This document shows positions 19,703 to 28,324 of a DNA stretch of 28,324 nucleotides, one piece after another; position 1 is the stretch's first letter; every line of letters begins with the position of its first letter. The notes under the pieces are model-generated. The model was not told the DNA's origin and did no database searches. It saw nothing but the letters and a program-made list of their open reading frames with translations. The DNA lies in IMG/VR virus record IMGVR_UViG_3300025425_000120, positions 1-28,324 of that record; one strand, written 5' to 3'. The translations under genes and the position numbers were made by a program. This stretch comes from a virus (lineage: Duplodnaviria > Caudoviricetes).

Positions 19703-21600
19703 CCAAATATTTTTCCTATATTTTTCACTGTGGAACTAATTGTTTTTCCAACAGTACTTACCAGTGACACAGTCTGTGTCACTGAGGTTACCTTGCCTCC
19801 CACAATATTTTTATATGTGTCTGTGACCTGCGTTGCTGTCCCTGGTATGTTCTGAGATAGATTACCCACCATGGTGGATGGGTTTGTAATATTTTGTATG
19901 GTTTGATTAACAATGTCTTTTACTGCTGTTGATGTTGGATTGATACCTATGTCAGCGGGAATTTTATAAGATGTATTATAGTTCTTTGAGAACGACTCTG
20001 CTATCGATCTAATCTTTGAGGATGTGGTAGCACCTTGCGATGTAATTTCATATTCTAGGTCGGCCTGATATTGGGCGGCTTGAACAGAGTTGATAGGACT
20101 TTGTCTGTTCTGATGAGCTATATATTCTGCTGTGCCAGGTATTCTGTCATTTGTACTCGGTCTGAAACCTTTAAGTTTATTTTCCTTATCATAGTGATTA
20201 TAAAAAGGTTCGTGTGTGGGCATTCGTGCAACTGTGGTAATGTTGCCTTGTGGATTGATTGTAAGCAACTGCGACTTTTTAAATTTTGGATCCACATCAG
20301 GTACATATCGTCTCACTGTGGGTTGATAGGTAGCGACTATGTTTGGATCGATTGATACACTATTGAAATGCACCTGACTGCCTGTGAGATCGTGTCTGCC
20401 ACTGGTATGATGCGTTTGTCCTGACGCGGCATATGAAACTATCTGGCCTCCAACTGCTTTAGAACTGATTGATCCACTGACTGTCTGCGTTTTAATATCC
20501 TTATATGCATACTGTTGAATAGAACCATTTAGGGTGTCAACTATGATATCGCTTTCACTGGATATTTTAATATCTTTTTTGGCAAACATATTAATGCCAG
20601 CATCGCTGTGGAAATTCATGTCTCCTGCCGACCTAATGTTCACTCCGCCCACTCCTGCATAGACATCAATAGATCCATTAGATGAGAATTCCATCCAGGC
20701 ATTGCCTGTACCGTTGGCAATATACACCACACCTGCAGAATCATTCAATAGAATTTGATGTCCTGATGCTGATCGTAATCGAACGAGTTGGTTGTCACCG
20801 TTTGCGTCTCCGTCGTCCATCACAAAAGATTGCCCGGTTAATCTATCTACAATGTCTTTAAAATTACTATCAGTTCCTCCTAATGGCAAAGATTTACTTC
20901 TTGGGTTTTTTCTACCTGGTGTACTGATTCCATAAACCTGACTAGGAGATTCTCTACGAGCCGAGCTGGTGGTTGTACCTCTAACTGTGTCTTGTATTAA
21001 TCCTTCCTGCCTAAGAGTTTCAGCAAATGGATGGATGGGTTGTTTGATTGATCCCGATGATTCAGATAATATTCTTCTGTTTACTTCTCCTGCGGGTAGA
21101 TTATCTGTGCCATAAATCTGTTGTTTGGTTTGATCAAGATCTCCGCCTGATGTTGTCGCTCCTGTGTTGGTCGAGGCGCCAATGCCTGGTGTCATATGAT
21201 TGACATACGGTTCTGGAATACAGCCCATCCAATAGGCCTGATTGGCATCGCCTTCCACAAATATTACCATAACTTTAGTGCCTATGTCTGGTGGTACCAT
21301 CCACATTCCATATGAATGTTGAGACCCTTCGTACTCGTTGGCATTATCTCTGTTTAGATATCTGTTGGTTTTGGTTCCCCAAAATGGTGTCATATATCGA
21401 CAAACAATTTCTTGTGATTGCGTGCCTAGTTCTGATCCTGTTATGCTGGGTATATTAACAGTTAGTCGACCCATTCTGCTGGGGTCTCTGTTATTAAGAA
21501 CGTGACCCACATATGGACCAGAATTTTTTTGTACATATTTTTGAAACTCTGTGTTTGGTTTTGATATTGAACCGTCAATGAATCCTGTGTTTGTTCCCAT
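19696..21600 (-). CDS. gp5: Baseplate central spike, gp5/VgrG-like (634 aa)
   Basis: N-terminal OB-fold motifs NNRDPSRMGRLTVNIP and YGMWMVPPDIGTKVMVIFVEGDANQAYWMGCIP. Beta-helix entry RLRSASGHQILLND is followed by short beta repeats ending SQVHFNS. Confidence 0.88.
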   Translation of the reverse strand: MGTNTGFIDGSISKPNTEFQKYVQKNSGPYVGHVLNNRDPSRMGRLTVNIPSITGSELGTQSQEIVCRYMTPFWGTKTNRYLNRDNANEYEGSQHSYGMWMVPPDIGTKVMVIFVEGDANQAYWMGCIPEPYVNHMTPGIGASTNTGATTSGGDLDQTKQQIYGTDNLPAGEVNRRILSESSGSIKQPIHPFAETLRQEGLIQDTVRGTTTSSARRESPSQVYGISTPGRKNPRSKSLPLGGTDSNFKDIVDRLTGQSFVMDDGDANGDNQLVRLRSASGHQILLNDSAGVVYIANGTGNAWMEFSSNGSIDVYAGVGGVNIRSAGDMNFHSDAGINMFAKKDIKISSESDIIVDTLNGSIQQYAYKDIKTQTVSGSISSKAVGGQIVSYAASGQTHHTSGRHDLTGSQVHFNSVSIDPNIVATYQPTVRRYVPDVDPKFKKSQLLTINPQGNITTVARMPTHEPFYNHYDKENKLKGFRPSTNDRIPGTAEYIAHQNRQSPINSVQAAQYQADLEYEITSQGATTSSKIRSIAESFSKNYNTSYKIPADIGINPTSTAVKDIVNQTIQNITNPSTMVGNLSQNIPGTATQVTDTYKNIVGGKVTSVTQTVSLVSTVGKTISSTVKNIGKIFGW

Positions 21601-21608
21601 ACTATTGT

Positions 21609-23909
21609 TTATGCTCCATTCCCACCAAAGGGATTATTGTTAGAAAGTGCTTGGGCTTTTTTTATCTTTTGTTTTACCCAATTTAAAATGTTATCTAAAA
21701 ATCCGTTACTGCCGTCATCAAGGAAGTCTGTGAAATCTTCTGCGGGGATGGGTGAATCTAACAATCCAGCCAAGTACGTGTCATTTGTTTTCTCCCCTGT
21801 TGCTTTGGTAACTTTGTTTCCTTGGTTTTTCAACCTGATCAACCGTAATTGCTGAGTGAACGTTCCTCCATCGAATTTGTTTTCTATAGTTACAACTCTG
21901 TATAGACCATTGAATACCACCTGGTCTCCTTGGTCGAACTTATACAGTCCTGTGTTTAAATCTATATCAACGGGTGATTTGAAATTAATCATAACGAACG
22001 GCTCAGCCAGGTTTAGATTGTACGACTGCGTCCTCACATCGTATGCTTCTCCGGTTCCCAATTTGGTTTTTGAAGCATTGACGTTCTGATAAACTCCTCC
22101 CTCTAAATTTTTGGGTTTTTCCATTATGTTAAACTGGTTGGCACTCAGATAGATCGGGTCACCTCTAATTTCCATGTCTATGGCAACCATGTCTGCGCCT
22201 GGATTGCTGAAAGAATCTAAAAACGAATCATACGCTTCATTTGCTCCATACAATCCCACATTGGTGGTTTTTCCTCCTCCGGGATAGGCCATCAACGGTA
22301 GATTCACTTCCACTTGACCGTCTCTGCTGTACAGCACAGAGCTGTTGGAAAGATTGTTGACAGGCTGATCTGTTCGATTCTGTTGCTGTTGTAACCCTTT
22401 GTATTTAGAAGCGTAATAAGCAATATTGTAGTTGATGTCCAATGACAGTACTTCTGTGTTTTGTCCTGTGAATATATAATCGTAACGTTTTCTTGCCATG
22501 AATTGACGGGTGTTTTCTAAAAACTCTTTTATGTTTGCTGACAGCCCTGGTTGTGCAAAATTTAAAATGTGTATTTTGTATGGCTCTATGTGGTAGTGCA
22601 TCAACGCTGTGTGTTTTTTGGTTATATTATCCACGGGGCCTGTCGTATGATGTATAGAGCTGTTTATTTTAAAAAAGTTCACATAGAACCTGTCTTCGTT
22701 CTCTTTGAGGAATTGTTCACGCTGTTCAGGAGTTTTTAGATCAGATATCTGGTTAGCCAGGTCTCCGTTGGCTTTTTCCGTCCACTGTTTGTAAAAAGAA
22801 TCCATGTCACTAAACGGGTCAACCACTTTCATTACCTGAGACAGTATTGCATGAATTCCTGTGCCTTTGGCAAATTGTCCAACCGGTGTTTTGGACTGAT
22901 CTTTTTGAAAACTCTTTGCTTGAGTGTTTTGATCAATTGTCGACGGATTATTGGTATCTTGCATCAATATTTTTTCTTGTGTTTGCTTATCAGCAAACTC
23001 CTTGTCTAACTTGGGATCACAGGTGACAACATATTGATCTGCTCTTTCAAAAAATTTACCTTTTTGCTCTTCGCTGGTCTGTTCATTTAATTTTTTAGTG
23101 AAATCCTTACAGAAAGAAGATAATGTTCCTTCGGTGTTGACTGTGAATTGTGCTCTGGTGTAATTTAATCTATCAACGAATGCAAATTCAGACGTGGGTA
23201 TTGCTCTGATCGTGTACACCGATCCGCCACCGGTCACATTCACAGCCACTTTTATAAATTTAATAGGTATTTTTCTAACATAGCTGTCCCCGGTTGAGAG
23301 AGACTCTCCATTTTCGTCAAATCCTCTGTAGTCTATGGTTAACAGGAAAGGTGCATCCACATGATCTAAAAAACCCGAATTGTATGCGGCGGCTCTAATA
23401 CTCTGAATGAAACTTAACCCTAGCGGTTCAATTATTTCCATGTCTATTGTGGTCACAGATGTCATCATTCGGTCATTGCTGGCCGAAGGCAGTGTTTTAA
23501 TGTTGACACTCTGAAAATAAAAATCAAAGCCACGATTTAAAATGTTTCTAACGTCGGCCATCGCTTTGTCCAGACCTGCTTGTGTTTCTCTGACTGTATC
23601 TAATGTCTTGTCTGACGGAGCATCTCCGGTGTCTACTGCGCCGCCCACTGTTACTTTAAATGAGGCATTTTCTTTTGCGTTGGGGTCTCCAATACCGCCC
23701 GAACGTGCAATTATATTCTGTGGTTTATAACTGGTATCCCAGTATGAAAGTGTTTCTAATTCTAATCTAGTCAATGCACTCAATGTGAATATCGTGTTGA
23801 ATGATGCAAACTTATTCAACGGGTTTGGCTGGGTGGTGTCTAAATTTTGAACATCAGACTTTTCGTCGGTTTTGGTCTTGCCTTTATAGGCATCGTTATT
23901 CTTATTCAT
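21609..23909 (-). CDS. Putative baseplate hub protein (gp27/gpD-like), 766 aa
   Basis: Lies between the gp53-like gene and gp5. The C-terminal motifs MEIRGDP and FNGLYRVVTIENKFDGGTFTQQLRLIR resemble the C-terminus of hub/late-control-D proteins. The fold assignment is inference. Confidence 0.65.
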   Translation of the reverse strand: MNKNNDAYKGKTKTDEKSDVQNLDTTQPNPLNKFASFNTIFTLSALTRLELETLSYWDTSYKPQNIIARSGGIGDPNAKENASFKVTVGGAVDTGDAPSDKTLDTVRETQAGLDKAMADVRNILNRGFDFYFQSVNIKTLPSASNDRMMTSVTTIDMEIIEPLGLSFIQSIRAAAYNSGFLDHVDAPFLLTIDYRGFDENGESLSTGDSYVRKIPIKFIKVAVNVTGGGSVYTIRAIPTSEFAFVDRLNYTRAQFTVNTEGTLSSFCKDFTKKLNEQTSEEQKGKFFERADQYVVTCDPKLDKEFADKQTQEKILMQDTNNPSTIDQNTQAKSFQKDQSKTPVGQFAKGTGIHAILSQVMKVVDPFSDMDSFYKQWTEKANGDLANQISDLKTPEQREQFLKENEDRFYVNFFKINSSIHHTTGPVDNITKKHTALMHYHIEPYKIHILNFAQPGLSANIKEFLENTRQFMARKRYDYIFTGQNTEVLSLDINYNIAYYASKYKGLQQQQNRTDQPVNNLSNSSVLYSRDGQVEVNLPLMAYPGGGKTTNVGLYGANEAYDSFLDSFSNPGADMVAIDMEIRGDPIYLSANQFNIMEKPKNLEGGVYQNVNASKTKLGTGEAYDVRTQSYNLNLAEPFVMINFKSPVDIDLNTGLYKFDQGDQVVFNGLYRVVTIENKFDGGTFTQQLRLIRLKNQGNKVTKATGEKTNDTYLAGLLDSPIPAEDFTDFLDDGSNGFLDNILNWVKQKIKKAQALSNNNPFGGNGA

Positions 23910-23910
23910 A

Positions 23911-24210
23911 TTAAATTCCTAGATCGTTTTTGAGACTTGATAACTTGGGCAGTTGTATCACTCTGCCAGGTTCAAAATCATAGACAGGATCTTCAATGAC
24001 ATCTGGATTCCTCTGAGCAAACACCCACCATAGTCGAGGAGTGCCGTACAAGTCATACGCTAGAAGGTCTGGACGATAGGCATAGGTTCTGTTAATGGTG
24101 TATGAGATGTCGCTGTCAAATGCTGTTATTGTTCTTGGTTTTAAAAAATCCAAACTGATAGTATTTTCGGGGGTGGTAAAATACGGCGATGTGTTGGAAT
24201 ATTGAGCCAT
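23911..24210 (-). CDS. gp53: Small baseplate wedge protein, gp53/LysM-like (99 aa)
   Basis: YRPDLLAYDLYGTPRLWWVFAQRNPDVIEDPVYDF matches the gp53 RP..LA..LYG...LWW....N.I.DP..D pattern. Its start is coupled to the upstream stop (TAATG). Confidence 0.8.
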   Translation of the reverse strand: MAQYSNTSPYFTTPENTISLDFLKPRTITAFDSDISYTINRTYAYRPDLLAYDLYGTPRLWWVFAQRNPDVIEDPVYDFEPGRVIQLPKLSSLKNDLGI

Positions 24211-25043
24211 TAGATGAATTCAAATCCTTTGTTGGTGGACTCCCCGTTGACAAACTTCTGCATGCTGAAATCTTTCATTGCAGATCTTGAATACACTGGT
24301 TGTAACTGTATATTGAACATACTCATTGCAGGAGCCCAGGATGTCGGAAGTGATGAGTTTGGGTCTACTTCCCCTGCGGCAAATTCTTCGTCTGGTCCTC
24401 TGACGTTGGCAAATGCTGGATCTTGTCCTTGTTTGGTGCAAATGTAATCCACGCTGTTGGTCAACTCCACTGAGAAATTGGTCACAACCACTGGCACGTT
24501 GTTAAACACGTTATCACCGTATGCATTAAATTTTAATATTGGTGGCGGATTCCCTTTCAACCCTGTGCCGTCATCTTGACCAAAGAACATTTTGGTCACT
24601 GCTCTCAGGAAATGCAGTGTGGCTATCCAATGACGAGCATCTGACTGATTTTGTACTGGAAAATCTCCTACCACTGTGAAACTAGAAACTTCTGAATGTT
24701 GGTAGGCATAGAAAGGATGATTGTTGTGTGTCGTTGCCAATGGATTGTAACTGGCCTGATGCTGTAGGATAATAGACGGTGTTAGAGGAAATACTATACC
24801 TCCTGTTTCACTCAACGGTTTTAACAGATCGCCTGTAAAAAATGTAGGTCGTAGATCGCTGGCCGCTGGTAATGTTAATTTCACTCGGAAATCTGAGACA
24901 TCAGTTCTACTGCTCCAGCGAGCTTGGCCGGCTGTGTTTAGAGGTGATTCTGCTCCTTTGTTTAATCCTGCACTAAACAATCGTCCTAGTGTTTTATTAA
25001 TCACACTGCCGCCTGCTTTACCTAGTGTATCTATCAGTGTCAT
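24210..25043 (-). CDS. Putative tail-tube initiator / baseplate-tube junction protein (gp48/gp54-like), 277 aa
   Basis: First gene of the baseplate operon. Motifs FPLTPSI, GNPPPILKFNAYG and NVPVVVTNFSVEL are typical of tube-fold initiator proteins of contractile tails. SD-like AGGA upstream. Confidence 0.65.
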   Translation of the reverse strand: MTLIDTLGKAGGSVINKTLGRLFSAGLNKGAESPLNTAGQARWSSRTDVSDFRVKLTLPAASDLRPTFFTGDLLKPLSETGGIVFPLTPSIILQHQASYNPLATTHNNHPFYAYQHSEVSSFTVVGDFPVQNQSDARHWIATLHFLRAVTKMFFGQDDGTGLKGNPPPILKFNAYGDNVFNNVPVVVTNFSVELTNSVDYICTKQGQDPAFANVRGPDEEFAAGEVDPNSSLPTSWAPAMSMFNIQLQPVYSRSAMKDFSMQKFVNGESTNKGFEFI

Positions 25044-25053
25044 TTGTTCCTGG

Positions 25054-25082
25054 TTGCTTTCCCGTTAAAATTTGTGTATACT
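25054..25082 (+). promoter_or_regulatory. Putative sigma70-type promoter for gp55-gp47-gp46 (TTGCTT-N17-TATACT)
   Basis: -35 TTGCTT at 25054..25059, 17-nt spacer, -10 TATACT at 25077..25082, upstream of RBS AGGAG (25157..25161) and ATG 25168. Confidence 0.6.
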
Positions 25083-25089
25083 TAAACAA

Positions 25090-25097
25090 TATTTATA
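25090..25097 (-). promoter_or_regulatory. T4-type late promoter TATAAATA heading the baseplate operon
   Basis: Exact consensus (plus strand tatttata) in the divergent intergenic region, 46 nt upstream of ATG 25043. Confidence 0.82.
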
Positions 25098-25167
25098 GGC
25101 ATTTTAATAGGCGCACTTTATTCACTTACGACACGGTTTTTACACAGTAATTAATTAGGAGAAACAA

Positions 25168-26172
25168 ATGGCTAAACGAGTAAATTATTTAAACAACAAG
25201 GATCTACTAGCAGAGATCCACAAGAGCAAGAACAGCTATTGTTCATATGTGAGCGAAGAAGACGCACAATACGATTACATCGTTACAGATGTTAAGAAAA
25301 TTAATGCTACCGCAGTGGCTCAAGCTAGAAAATTAAAAGCCAAGAGATTAACACAGGAAGCATGGGAGGCCGCAAAAGCATCAGGCAACAAACGTCAAAA
25401 GATGAGTGACTTCACTGTGTCAGCTCGTAAAATTGAAAAAACTGATCTAGTATTTCGAGTCATGATGTTTGATCATGTGCCCACTGACAATGAAAGAAAG
25501 AAGAATCCAAAAACTGTTGCAGACCATCATACAAAATGTAATTTTCCTCCGTTCCAGCACTACAGAATTAACGAAAAAAATGAAAATGTTTGCGTGGGTA
25601 AAAGTCACTGGACAGGTGGCATGAAGAACGGTCACTTCTCAGTGGATCACGGCAAGATGACGAACAAGCTCGCACTCATGTACATGAAACTGTGTGAGAG
25701 ATACGGCACTCGAAGCAACTGGAGAGGTTACACCTACAATGACGAAATGCAATCACAGGCACTGATGCAACTGTCACAGATCGGTCTACAGTTTGATGAA
25801 TCCAAATCAGACAATCCGTTTGCCTACTACACCGCGGCGATCACCAACTCATTCACTCGTATCCTGAACATCGAGAAAAAGAATCAAAACATCAGAGATG
25901 ATATCATGGAAATGAACGGTATGTTGCCCTCTTACACTCGACAGAATAAAAACGAGGAACAGGCCAAAGCGGAAGGAGTGGACCGACGTAACAAATTAAA
26001 AAAAATAGTCATTGAAAAATCACACTACATCGACAGAAAAGGCGAAAAGGTCGAAAGAACCATTGCAGTTGCACCTGTTAAAGTGTACACTAAGAAAGCC
26101 ATAAAAGAGCTGAACCGAACACTGAAGAAAGACGGTTCGGTAACTGCTGAAGATTTTGAAAAGGTAAAATAA
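25168..26172 (+). CDS. gp55: Late-transcription sigma factor, T4 gp55-like (334 aa, extended)
   Basis: N-terminal VNYLNNKDLLAEIHKSK and core RSNWRGYTYNDEMQSQALMQL...FDESKSDNPFAYYTAAITNSFTRILNIEKK match gp55 motifs. Canonical gp55-gp47-gp46 order, strong RBS. Confidence 0.88.
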   Translation: MAKRVNYLNNKDLLAEIHKSKNSYCSYVSEEDAQYDYIVTDVKKINATAVAQARKLKAKRLTQEAWEAAKASGNKRQKMSDFTVSARKIEKTDLVFRVMMFDHVPTDNERKKNPKTVADHHTKCNFPPFQHYRINEKNENVCVGKSHWTGGMKNGHFSVDHGKMTNKLALMYMKLCERYGTRSNWRGYTYNDEMQSQALMQLSQIGLQFDESKSDNPFAYYTAAITNSFTRILNIEKKNQNIRDDIMEMNGMLPSYTRQNKNEEQAKAEGVDRRNKLKKIVIEKSHYIDRKGEKVERTIAVAPVKVYTKKAIKELNRTLKKDGSVTAEDFEKVK

Positions 26173-26175
26173 CAA

Positions 26176-27198
26176 ATGCCAATGTTTAAGAAAGCGGCGT
26201 GCTTCACTGACATCCATTTTGGATTGAAAGGCAATTCGCGAGTACACAATGACGATTCGGAGTTGTTTATCACTTGGTTTATTGAACAGGCCAAAAAGGA
26301 CGGCTGTGAAACCTGCATATTTCTAGGCGATTGGCATCATCATAGATCTTCTGTGAACGTTTCCACAATGAACTACACAGTTTCCAACATGGAACGACTG
26401 GGCAAAGCATTTGACAATGTGTATGTGCTGATGGGCAATCATGATCTATTCTACAGAGAAAAAAGAGAAATCAACTCTATGGAATTTGTGAGATACATTC
26501 CTAATGTGCATATCGTCAACGAATGGATGCTGATGGACGACGTGGCACTGATCCCGTGGTTGGAGCCAGACGAATATAAAAAAATTCCAGACCTAAAACA
26601 GAAATATATTTTTGGACACTTTGAATTGCCTTATTTTAAAATGAATGCCATGGTGGATATGCCGGACGTGGGACAGATCAAAGCAGAACATTTTGTTAAT
26701 CAAGAGTATGTGTTCACAGGACACTTCCACAAACGTCAAATTCGAAACAACATCCATTACATGGGCAATGCATTTCCACACAACTATGCAGATGCCGGCG
26801 ATGATGCTCGAGGTATGATGATCCTGGAGTGGGGTGGCCGACCCAAATACATCGATTGGCCAGACATGCCAGTGTATCGTCATTATAAGATCTCACAACT
26901 GTTGGAAAACGCAGACAACCTGTTGCAGGAAAAAATGTATGTGCGAGTGGGACTGGACATAAAGATATCCTACGAAGAGGCCAACTTCATCCGTGAGACG
27001 TTCATGGAAAAATACGAGCTGAGGGAATTACAATTGATCCCCGAACAACTGGATGCCGCGGAACAGCCCCGGGTGACCATCGAAAAATTCGATTCCGTGG
27101 ATCAGATCGTTATCAAACAACTGGAAGGCGTGGATTCCAAGACCTACGACAAACAGATATTGATGGCAATATATAACAATCTAGATGTCAACACCTAA
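26176..27198 (+). CDS. gp47: Recombination nuclease subunit, gp47 (Mre11/SbcD-like metallophosphoesterase)
   Basis: Motifs TDIHFG, LGDWHH, MGNHD, FGHFEL and TGHFHKR. 340 aa, directly before gp46. Confidence 0.93.
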   Translation: MPMFKKAACFTDIHFGLKGNSRVHNDDSELFITWFIEQAKKDGCETCIFLGDWHHHRSSVNVSTMNYTVSNMERLGKAFDNVYVLMGNHDLFYREKREINSMEFVRYIPNVHIVNEWMLMDDVALIPWLEPDEYKKIPDLKQKYIFGHFELPYFKMNAMVDMPDVGQIKAEHFVNQEYVFTGHFHKRQIRNNIHYMGNAFPHNYADAGDDARGMMILEWGGRPKYIDWPDMPVYRHYKISQLLENADNLLQEKMYVRVGLDIKISYEEANFIRETFMEKYELRELQLIPEQLDAAEQPRVTIEKFDSVDQIVIKQLEGVDSKTYDKQILMAIYNNLDVNT

Positions 27199-27203
27199 CT
27201 CAT

Positions 27204-28324
27204 ATGCTCACCGTTAAAACTTTATCAGTAAAAAACTTCCTGTCTGTGGGCAATCAAACCCAGGCCATCAACTTTGAAGGTAAAAACCTTGTGCTGGTCA
27301 TAGGTGAGAACATGGATTTGGGCGGTGATGACGCAGGTGCTCGAAATGGCACAGGTAAAACCACTATTATAAATGCAATCAGTTATGCATTCTTTGGTGA
27401 TGCACTCACCAACATACGTAAAGATAATCTTGTGAACAAGACCAATGCCAAAGACATGGTGGTCGGTATAGAATTTGAAAAGAACGGCATACAATACAAA
27501 ATAGAACGAGGCAGAAAGCCCCAGGTGCTGAGATTTTATGCAGACGACATCGAGCAGGAGAGCAACGAAGCTCAGGGAGAGAACAGAGAAACACAACAAG
27601 AAATCAACAAGTTATTAGGCATGACTCATTCCATGTTCAAGAACATAATGGCGCTGAACACGTATTCTCAACCATTCTTGAGCACTAAACAATCAGAACA
27701 GCGAGAGATCATAGAACAGTTGTTGGGTATTACCATTCTAAGTCAGAAATCAGACCTACTAAAAGAACAAATGAAGGCCACCAAAGAAGAAGCTGTGGCA
27801 GAAAAACTTAAATTAGATTCTATTATAAACTCCAATGAAAAAATAGAAGAGTCGATTAAAAATTTAAAATTGAGGAACTCTGCGTGGCAGACACAACAGC
27901 GACAGGACGTAGAAAAATTCAAAAGTGCTATAGAAGATCTAGAACGAGTGGACATTGAACAGGAATTGTCTGCACACAAACAGATACAAAAAAAGCAGGA
28001 AGACATGACGGCACTGCGAAGTCTTCAAAAAGAAAAAGCCTATCACGAAGACAGCCTGACCAAAACCACTCGACAGATCAGTCTAAAGAACAAAGACATC
28101 GAATATGCCGAAGATGCTCGTTGTCCAACCTGTGAGCAGGCTCTGCATGATGAGAAACATCAACAGCTATTAACAAAATTACAAAAAGATCTTGCAGAAC
28201 TACAGCAGGACAATGACAAATTAAACACAGAATTAAAGACCATCAATGAAAACATTGAGAACATTGGTGACATTGGCAGTTTACCAGACACGTACTATGA
28301 CGACATAGATGATGCGTACAACCA
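27204..28324 (+). CDS. gp46: Recombination ATPase subunit, gp46 (Rad50/SbcC-like); truncated at the window end; absent from the ORF track
   Basis: ATG 27204 gives MLTVKTLSVKNFLSVGNQTQAINFEGKNLVLVIGENMDLGGDDAGARNGTGKTTIINAISYAFFG..., then a coiled coil and a CPTC zinc-hook motif at 28122..28133. The frame is open to the end. Confidence 0.93.
   Translation, partial: MLTVKTLSVKNFLSVGNQTQAINFEGKNLVLVIGENMDLGGDDAGARNGTGKTTIINAISYAFFGDALTNIRKDNLVNKTNAKDMVVGIEFEKNGIQYKIERGRKPQVLRFYADDIEQESNEAQGENRETQQEINKLLGMTHSMFKNIMALNTYSQPFLSTKQSEQREIIEQLLGITILSQKSDLLKEQMKATKEEAVAEKLKLDSIINSNEKIEESIKNLKLRNSAWQTQQRQDVEKFKSAIEDLERVDIEQELSAHKQIQKKQEDMTALRSLQKEKAYHEDSLTKTTRQISLKNKDIEYAEDARCPTCEQALHDEKHQQLLTKLQKDLAELQQDNDKLNTELKTINENIENIGDIGSLPDTYYDDIDDAYN

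Noticed and set aside
2721-24447. Numerous short antisense or out-of-frame ORFs within the structural operon
   Set aside because: All are fully nested in long, motif-supported genes and show no independent coding evidence.
25052-25061. GGTTGCTTTC resembling a T4 MotA box
   Set aside because: Its spacing to the -10 element (17 nt) fits a sigma70 -35 rather than a -30 MotA box, and no motA is visible.
25095-25157. Short direct repeats (ATAGGC twice, CACTT twice) and palindrome TAATTAATTA in the gp55 leader
   Set aside because: Too short and AT-rich to distinguish from chance without comparative data.
25447-28006. Minus-strand ORFs opposite gp55, gp47 and gp46 (e.g. 27225..27599, 27743..28006)
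   Set aside because: Antisense to clearly conserved genes. The region after 27204 is gp46 on the plus strand.
1-28324. Possible avoidance of AAGCTT, alternative genetic code, introns/inteins, DGR, CRISPR or tRNA
   Set aside because: AAGCTT was not seen, but the expectation is low and I cannot count reliably. Long genes read through in the standard code with normal stops. I noticed no DNA-level repeats, intein motifs or RNA-gene structures.
1-28324. Assignment of host or named phage genus
   Set aside because: Composition and gene order suggest a divergent T4-related large myophage, but nothing in the window identifies host or taxon without a search.

Overview
The window is a fragment of a large, AT-rich dsDNA myophage genome with T4-related genes, organised as two divergent blocks. 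The minus strand (1..25043) carries a tightly packed late tail/baseplate operon. In transcription order it encodes a tube-initiator-like protein, a gp53/LysM-like wedge protein, a putative hub, a gp5-like spike, gp25, an enlarged gp6, a giant 4183-aa gp7-like modular wedge protein, a small fibre-attachment-like protein and two paralogous fibre proteins, the last truncated by the window edge. The plus strand (25168..end) carries a gp55-like late sigma factor and the gp47/gp46 (Mre11/Rad50-like) nuclease pair, with gp46 truncated. Two real genes are missing from the ORF track because they run off the ends (1..1027 minus; 27204..28324 plus). I found no RNA genes, CRISPR arrays, introns or mobile elements, and no self-contained new defence or enzymatic system. 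The most interesting signals are: (i) an intact type-1 blue-copper ligand set inside the giant baseplate protein; (ii) apparent complete avoidance of GCWGC, visible as recoded Ala-Ala codon pairs; (iii) T4-type late promoters built on upstream stop codons that would yield leaderless mRNAs; (iv) a late promoter facing the sigma70-type promoter of the gp55 gene, suggesting autoregulation. All family assignments come from motif recognition by eye, not database searches.
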